Source of the DNA: Cellulomonadaceae bacterium
Lineage (GTDB): Bacteria > Actinomycetota > Actinomycetes > Actinomycetales > Cellulomonadaceae
DNA: 64,000 nucleotides
Assembly (NCBI GenBank): GCA_031256435.1
Contig: JAIRQO010000061.1
Location: 59,301 to 123,300 of the forward strand
Direction of reading: 5' to 3'
In this document: piece by piece, positions 57,139-64,000 of the stretch
Layout of the letters: each line of letters starts with the position of its first letter
How positions within the stretch are numbered: the first letter of the stretch is position 1
Translations under genes and position numbers: made by a program
The notes under the pieces: model-generated
Databases searched by the model: none
The model's input: the letters and a program-made list of their open reading frames with translations, nothing else
What the model was told of the DNA's origin: nothing

Positions 57139-59520
57139 TTACAACCTGGCACCGCCTGGCTTGGTGAAGCCTAGTGCGCGGTAGCCGGGGAGACGTTTGG
57201 GGAAGCGGGCGGCCAGGATGGGGCTGTGGGCGTCCACGTAATCATGGGCAATGGCGGTTTTCCCTGGATCGGCTGGACGTAGAATCCGCCCGGCCACCTG
57301 GAGCAGCGTGTTCTGCCAGGAAATGGGGGCAGCCAGGAACAGTGTGTCCAGCGCTGGAGCGTCGAATCCCTCGCCAACAAACTGGGTGGTGGCCACTAGG
57401 AGAATCCCTGACCCTCGTTTCGCCTCGTTGAGCCGCGTAACTACTTCCCGGACCTCCCGTGACTTCATGGAACCACGGAGCACCAACGCCTCGTGACCAC
57501 GCTCTGCAAGCAGGGCCACCAGAATGTCCACGTGCGCCCGCCGCGTGGTGGCCACCACACAGTTGCGTCCATTCAAGAGCGCGGCATCAACATCAGCCAC
57601 AATCTGGGCATTTCGTTCGTCGCAACGAACCATGGCGTCCGCGAGCGCCGCCATACCTGCGGGGTTGAGGGGGTCCACCTCTCCGCTAACAAACGAAGTC
57701 TCGTGGATTGTCAACTCCCGCACCCCTACGGTGGGTGATGCGCCTGTGATGTCAGCCAGAGTTCCGCGTACAGATTCCCCCAGGGTGTGCCTCACCGGTC
57801 CGAGTTGCCACCACACCACCTCGTCGAGTTTGTCCCTCCTGCGAGGCGTAGCCGTCAGCCCCAACCAATAGTGGGCGCTCACGGCCTTCATCGCATAGTC
57901 ATACGCTGGGGCAGCCACATTGTGGCACTCGTCCACAATCACCTGGCCATACCCAGCCAGCAATCCAGCAACGTCCTTGGCACGTGCCAGGGAAGGAAGC
58001 ATCGCAATGTCCACCACTCCCGTGAGTTTCCTACGGCCGCCGCCGTATTGTCCGGCTTTGATACCCAGGAATTCCGTGATACGCGCGCGCCACTGATCCG
58101 CCAGCGCCTTCCGGTTCACCAACACCACCGTGGACACAGCCCGCTCGGCTATTATCGCGCAGGCCATCACGGTTTTTCCTGTTCCGGGAGGCGCTACGAG
58201 CACACCATCGTCGTGCGCGAGCATGGCCCCTACAGCCTCGGCTTGCTCGTCACGAAGAGTGGTGTGGAGGATCACCTCGATCTCAGTGCCTCCCTCGCGC
58301 TCGTCGATCACTTCGAGACGTGAGCCTGAGGCCGTGACGATATCCGAAATCATCGCTCGTAACCCGCGGGGTACGACGAGAGTGTTCTGCAGGGTTTCAT
58401 TGTAACCCTGGATGAACCGTGGGGTCCCGTAGGTGGACTTGCGTAGCCGCATGAGTTCGTAGAACTTGGGATTGACCAGTGACGATGCGTGCTTGAGAGT
58501 TGACAGTGATTCGGGTGCGAGGTCCGCCATGTCCACCTCCAAGCCAGACTTGAGGTTCGCGTGAACCACCGGTGCCATGCGCGGATGGACCTTGGTGGCA
58601 CGAGACCGCTCCACCTGTGTGACTCCGGTGCCCACTGTGGCGTATCGCTCTAAACGGGCGAGATTGGTCACTTCAGCCGGAGACATCTTGCCGAGCGTGG
58701 ACAGAAACGACCACTGGTCCTCATAGGGTTCCAGGGTGGCCGGGTCAAGAAACACGGTGAGGCCATCCTCAACACGCCTCTTGTAGAGCGGTGCGGCAAT
58801 CAGGTTGCCCACCCCTCCCTGAGGAAGGACATCCTGACTGGGGAAGAACCGGTCATAGGATGTGAGGTTCATTGCTCCGCGCTGTTTGATGGCGTCATGC
58901 ATCAACACCGCACCCATTGCCCTGGCTTTCGCTGCCAGAATTGCCTCGGTGAAGAAGATCCATACGTGCGCGCCACGCCCTGACTGTGAGATCTCCAAAG
59001 CCGCTGGAACCCTCGCTGATCGTGCGGTTTTCAGATACGCCAAGGCGTCGAGCATGGCAGCAGTTCCGTCAAAATCTGCAGCGAGCCAGTGGCATGTGTT
59101 GTTGTCAAGTAGCGGATAGAGCCCGACGAACCGGTTGTTCACTCCGCGTAGGTGCGCTTCTATTACTTGCGGCGTGAGCGGTACTTTCGGGGTGAGGCGC
59201 TTGTTGAACCCTTGTTGGAAGCGCCCGCCCGCATACTCTGGAGACCAACCGCTAGTGCCTCTCCATGCTGATTCCCACCGTGTGGCAAAGATGTCCATCC
59301 GGCACCGGAATAGATCCATGTACAACGCGATCTTGGCCTCAGGCGAGGACGCCATTGTCACGAGACCGTGGGAGCTCTGAGGGATGGCTGGTTGCTCGGG
59401 GCCGGGCGCTGATGGCTGCGGTTGGAGTGCAAGTAGCCGCGATAGTTGGGTGTTTTCGGCATGCAGCCTGGCGATCTCCTGACGTGCAAGCGCCAGCTCC
59501 CGAGCGGCATCGTCATCCAT
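57139..59520 (-). CDS. AEP primase-polymerase (TOTE-associated type) fused to an SF2 helicase
   Basis: AEP motifs AADFD, SQSGRGAH, YDRFFP..GNLIAAPL; helicase APPGTGKT, DECH, TATP, QVAGRILR. Confidence 0.9.
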   Translation of the reverse strand: MDDDAARELALARQEIARLHAENTQLSRLLALQPQPSAPGPEQPAIPQSSHGLVTMASSPEAKIALYMDLFRCRMDIFATRWESAWRGTSGWSPEYAGGRFQQGFNKRLTPKVPLTPQVIEAHLRGVNNRFVGLYPLLDNNTCHWLAADFDGTAAMLDALAYLKTARSARVPAALEISQSGRGAHVWIFFTEAILAAKARAMGAVLMHDAIKQRGAMNLTSYDRFFPSQDVLPQGGVGNLIAAPLYKRRVEDGLTVFLDPATLEPYEDQWSFLSTLGKMSPAEVTNLARLERYATVGTGVTQVERSRATKVHPRMAPVVHANLKSGLEVDMADLAPESLSTLKHASSLVNPKFYELMRLRKSTYGTPRFIQGYNETLQNTLVVPRGLRAMISDIVTASGSRLEVIDEREGGTEIEVILHTTLRDEQAEAVGAMLAHDDGVLVAPPGTGKTVMACAIIAERAVSTVVLVNRKALADQWRARITEFLGIKAGQYGGGRRKLTGVVDIAMLPSLARAKDVAGLLAGYGQVIVDECHNVAAPAYDYAMKAVSAHYWLGLTATPRRRDKLDEVVWWQLGPVRHTLGESVRGTLADITGASPTVGVRELTIHETSFVSGEVDPLNPAGMAALADAMVRCDERNAQIVADVDAALLNGRNCVVATTRRAHVDILVALLAERGHEALVLRGSMKSREVREVVTRLNEAKRGSGILLVATTQFVGEGFDAPALDTLFLAAPISWQNTLLQVAGRILRPADPGKTAIAHDYVDAHSPILAARFPKRLPGYRALGFTKPGGARL
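57142..57180. repeat. Imperfect direct repeat, copy 1 (3' end of the helicase gene)
   Basis: Core GGCTTGGTGAAGCC at 57158-57171, identical at 61907-61920. Confidence 0.7.
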
Positions 59521-59931
59521 GGGTGGATGGTAACCGGAGTCTGTATAACGTGGGGATGGGTCCGTGAATCACGTGTTTCTGTGCATGTCACTGCGGCGTG
59601 GGACTACTGGCCGGCTTGTGCTCCTGCAGATAGCCGACTCCTGCGGGTGCGCTGACCTCCGCAGGATGACAATGGGTTTCTGGATGCCCGGTCAGCACTG
59701 GACTGGAGCGCGCATTCCCCTGGCATCGAACCGATTTCCCTTGTAGCAAGCATGACCCATTGAGTCGCGCTGTCAGGCATGACACGACTCTCGCTGGTCT
59801 AGGGGTTCCCCTGCCCAGATACCTTGAAAAGACACGCATTGCAACCCCAACGTGATGAAATTTGACACATATTGGTGCCTCATGGCACAATTGCGCTGGA
59901 TAATGGCATCATTTATGTTACAGTTTCGGTC

Positions 59932-60708
59932 ATGGAACGTATTTCACAATTGACACGTGATGAGTCTCTAGCACAGACTGTGGCTGGCAATGTCAGGGCT
60001 GAGATGGCACGGGCCGAATTCGGCGTGGCGACCGTTGCGGACGCCATAGGGATTAGCGCGGTTCAACTGCGCACTAAGCTTCGCGGTTCCCGAGACTTCT
60101 CTCTGGACGAGGTTGCAGCCGTTGCGGAAACACTCGACCTTCCCCTGGAACGCCTCCTTGGATACCCCTGTTATCGTCATGCACCTTCACCTCGTGTGGA
60201 AGGTTGCATGAACGCGCACACGTCCGACGAGACACGGTTTGTTGCACCGGTGAAGCATCAAGGCGGTCGCGAAAGCACGGTTGTAGACGCGACAGAAATG
60301 AATACAGAACCAACGCACGGTTCAGAACCTCCGAAGCTAGAAAACAAAGCGCATTGTGAACAGCAGATTGATGGTGATCATACAAGATCGCGGTACGCCG
60401 AAATCGTGGATTCCCTCACCCACTTGGTCCGGGACCAGATGAACAATAGAGAGTTCACCGCAAAGCGATCCGTAGTTCTTCCAACCGATTTGGCAGAGCG
60501 GGTGAAACTCGCTCAACTCTCCACGGCGACCCAGGAGTACAACAGTTTCCAGGGTTTCGTTCACGGAGCACTTGTCCGCGAACTGGCGCGCTTATCGGTT
60601 GAATATAACAACGGCGTCATATTTGATCGGTTGGACAGCAGCGGCATTTCCTATCGGATTGGTCGCCCATCCACACGGTCCACCCTGAAGTCATCAACCC
60701 AGAAGTGA
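59932..60708 (+). CDS. XRE-family HTH protein with a C-terminal ParB_C/RHH-like domain
   Basis: VAGNVRAEMAR..VADAIGIS..LRTKLRG..FSLDEVAAVAETL; C-terminus SVVLPTDL..FV.GAL.REL.RL..EYNNG..F..GRP resembles actinobacterial plasmid partition proteins. Confidence 0.75.
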   Translation: MERISQLTRDESLAQTVAGNVRAEMARAEFGVATVADAIGISAVQLRTKLRGSRDFSLDEVAAVAETLDLPLERLLGYPCYRHAPSPRVEGCMNAHTSDETRFVAPVKHQGGRESTVVDATEMNTEPTHGSEPPKLENKAHCEQQIDGDHTRSRYAEIVDSLTHLVRDQMNNREFTAKRSVVLPTDLAERVKLAQLSTATQEYNSFQGFVHGALVRELARLSVEYNNGVIFDRLDSSGISYRIGRPSTRSTLKSSTQK

Positions 60709-60711
60709 AGA

Positions 60712-60795
60712 ACCCCCGGGCATAGCCCGGGGGTGACTCCATGTATAAAACGAGGGACCTTGTCCTCGTATTGACCTATATGCTACCCCAAGGGG
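60712..60795 (+). ncRNA. Candidate structured leader or RNA upstream of the Abi gene
   Basis: Perfect 10-bp hairpin (60712-60734), bulged hairpin (60750-60769) and CCCC-AA-GGGG (60786-60795). The first hairpin could simply be a terminator. Confidence 0.4.
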
Positions 60796-60802
60796 GAACT
60801 AA

Positions 60803-61534
60803 ATGCAACCAACGACGTCCAGCGCCCTAGAGTTGGCAATATCGACCCCTCGTTTCCAAACGTACCTTGAAGCGGCATCCGACGATAGACCCAGTGCTTT
60901 ACAGCTGTACCTGTGGAACACGAGGCTAGCGGCAGCTTTTCTCGAATGCATCAGTATTTTCGAGGTGTTTCTACGGAACGCCATTGATGTCCAACTACGC
61001 AGATGGAATGTTCAGCAGGTTCGCCCGGATGGAACCCCGTTGACAGAAGAATGGTTACTTGAAGCGGGCAAGCCCCTTAACTCCCACACGGCTTCGGCGC
61101 GCAGAGTTGCGACTGAACATGCCACAAAAGCCCGTTCTGCTCGGGAGCCATTCCATCCACGAAAAACTGCTCCGATCACCCACGATGATGTACTGGCACA
61201 ACTCTCGCTTGGAACGATCACCCGATTGCTTCCCACTGCGAACGTTGACGATCCTTCATACAAGAAACGTTGCGTGCTGTGGGCACAGGCGGTTAGTCAT
61301 GCATTTCCGCACGATGCAGGCGATTCAGATGGGTCCGTCTTGGCTGCCAGGATTCACAGAGTTCATCGTCTTCGGAATCGCGTTGCGCATGCTGAACCGC
61401 TTCTGGGGGTGAATGTGCAGGCCCGCCATCGAGACATGATCCGAGTGATTGGGACGATCAATCCGGAACTACAGGGATGGTTTGCCTCCCTGTCAGATCT
61501 ACGCGACATCGCGGCCAATCGGCCAGTCGGCTGA
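60803..61534 (+). CDS. Abi_2/AbiF-like HEPN abortive-infection protein
   Basis: ISTPRFQTY..ALQLYLWN..FEVFLRNAID, LSLGTI, HEPN motif RLRNRVAHAEP. Confidence 0.88.
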   Translation: MQPTTSSALELAISTPRFQTYLEAASDDRPSALQLYLWNTRLAAAFLECISIFEVFLRNAIDVQLRRWNVQQVRPDGTPLTEEWLLEAGKPLNSHTASARRVATEHATKARSAREPFHPRKTAPITHDDVLAQLSLGTITRLLPTANVDDPSYKKRCVLWAQAVSHAFPHDAGDSDGSVLAARIHRVHRLRNRVAHAEPLLGVNVQARHRDMIRVIGTINPELQGWFASLSDLRDIAANRPVG

Positions 61535-61593
61535 CTGCGATGTGGAGAACACCAGATCTCCCGGACGGATCAGAGATGACCCTACGAGGGTGA

Positions 61594-63003
<1,410 letters not shown>

Positions 63004-63021
63004 AAGCAGGGACGCGTTCGT

Positions 63022-63153
63022 GGTTTCGAGACGATTGCTTAGCAATCCCTCAACCAACGACGGTTCCTATCCGACGGTTATGGCTCCGGGGTTTCGAGAC
63101 GCCCTGCGGGGGGTTTCGACCGGCGCGCCTTACGGCGCTGGCTCAACCACCCC
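63022..63153 (-). repeat. REP-like element cluster between rmlB and tdk
   Basis: 63112-63153 (minus strand CGGGTGGTTGAGCCAGCGCCGTAAGGCGCGCCGGTCGAAACC), a variant at 63022-63055 (GGTTGAGGGATTGCTAAGCAATCGTCTCGAAACC) and a partial copy near 63090. Confidence 0.8.
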
Positions 63154-63188
63154 GCATTGAAATCCATTGCGGCTGAGGAGTAACAAGT

Positions 63189-63857
63189 ATGTCCGAGTTG
63201 GTGTTCTACACCGGAACCATGGATTCCGGCAAATCCACCTTGGCTCTCCAAACGCATCACAATCATGTGGTGCGTGGACGATCCGGGTTGGTGTTCACCC
63301 ACTTAGACCGTAGCGGCCCGGCCCACATATCCACCCGGCTGGGCCTCAGCATCGACGCGATGGAAGTCAGCGATGATCTGAACTTCATCACCGTTACTCA
63401 AGCGCACCTGCTTGCCGGTAATGCCGTGGAGTTTCTCATTTGTGATGAAGCCCAGTTCTATACGCCAGAGCAGATTGAACAACTCGCCATTGTGGTGGAT
63501 GAGTTGAGGATTGACGTGTTTGCCTTTGGCATCACCACGGACTTCCGTACGCATCTGTTCCCGGGCTCCCAACGCCTGATGGAAGTGGCAGACCGAGTAG
63601 AACACCTCCAAGTCACCACGCTGTGTTGGTGTGGCCGCACGGCCACGCATAATGCGCGGATTGTTGATGGCGTGATGGTGACCCGTGGCGAAACGGTGTC
63701 CGTGGGAGACATGGTGATGCACGGCACCGCTGACGCGACTGGCACCGGCGGCGCCGCTGACGAACCAAACCCAGCCTCCCCCGGCCCCGTCACCACATAC
63801 ACCGTCCTCTGCCGCTTCCATCACCGTGCCAAGGACATTGGACCGGCAGTCAGGTAG
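63189..63857 (+). CDS. tdk: Thymidine kinase
   Basis: TGTMDSGKST, ICDEAQF, FGITTDFR..FPGSQRL, LCWCG, Y.VLCR.H. Confidence 0.95.
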   Translation: MSELVFYTGTMDSGKSTLALQTHHNHVVRGRSGLVFTHLDRSGPAHISTRLGLSIDAMEVSDDLNFITVTQAHLLAGNAVEFLICDEAQFYTPEQIEQLAIVVDELRIDVFAFGITTDFRTHLFPGSQRLMEVADRVEHLQVTTLCWCGRTATHNARIVDGVMVTRGETVSVGDMVMHGTADATGTGGAADEPNPASPGPVTTYTVLCRFHHRAKDIGPAVR

Positions 63858-64000
63858 CAGTACGTTAGCGCTCGTGTGCACTCCCCCAGTGGTGCCAGAA
63901 CGGTTGGCACCAACCCCAACTTACCGTGGCACCACCTCGGCAACGGGACCGGTCATCCTCGGGGACGTGGTGCGTTCGCGGGCGGCTTTACCCACCACGG

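Noticed and set aside
59521-59931. ncRNA or small genes between the helicase and XRE genes (also 56766-57138 and 61535-61890)
   Set aside because: Only isolated short hairpins and short ORFs without motifs; not enough support.

Overview
This is a GC-rich actinobacterial window; REP-type repeats and gene families suggest Micrococcales, but the taxon is not certain. 1-13.4 kb: a partial vWA-domain pilus-type adhesin (minus strand, absent from the ORF track), plus housekeeping and accessory genes (DUF937, orphan GroES, rhomboid, two MFS transporters, PspC, SDR, NimA-like, DUF1345, SNase lipoprotein). 13.4-17.1 kb: vapBC, an NYN nuclease with a structured 3' region, and a rearranged, decayed Ig-protein/tagF-like segment with an in-frame REP-derived insertion. 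17.3-50.9 kb: a large wall teichoic acid-like glycopolymer cluster. It has TagGH export, five CDP-polyol:phosphotransferase genes (one truncated, one missing both catalytic His), a TagD-oxidoreductase fusion, GT2/GT4/GT61 transferases, a pyruvyltransferase, glf, rmlA/C, an antibiotic-type 2,6-dideoxysugar pair, and Ig-repeat-anchored GDPD and HNH hydrolases. A DRT4-like antiviral reverse transcriptase is inserted in it. 50.9-61.9 kb: a defence-island-like block between the cluster and rmlB (Schlafen/AlbA_2 gene flanked by ~96-bp direct repeats, uncharacterised 2TM protein + NUDIX pair, uncharacterised protein + small 2TM pair, AEP primase-SF2 helicase, XRE-ParB_C-like fusion, Abi_2/AbiF-like gene with a structured leader). 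rmlB and tdk close the window. No CRISPR array, rRNA, tRNA, integrase or transposase was recognised. All family calls come from motif recognition by eye, not database searches.
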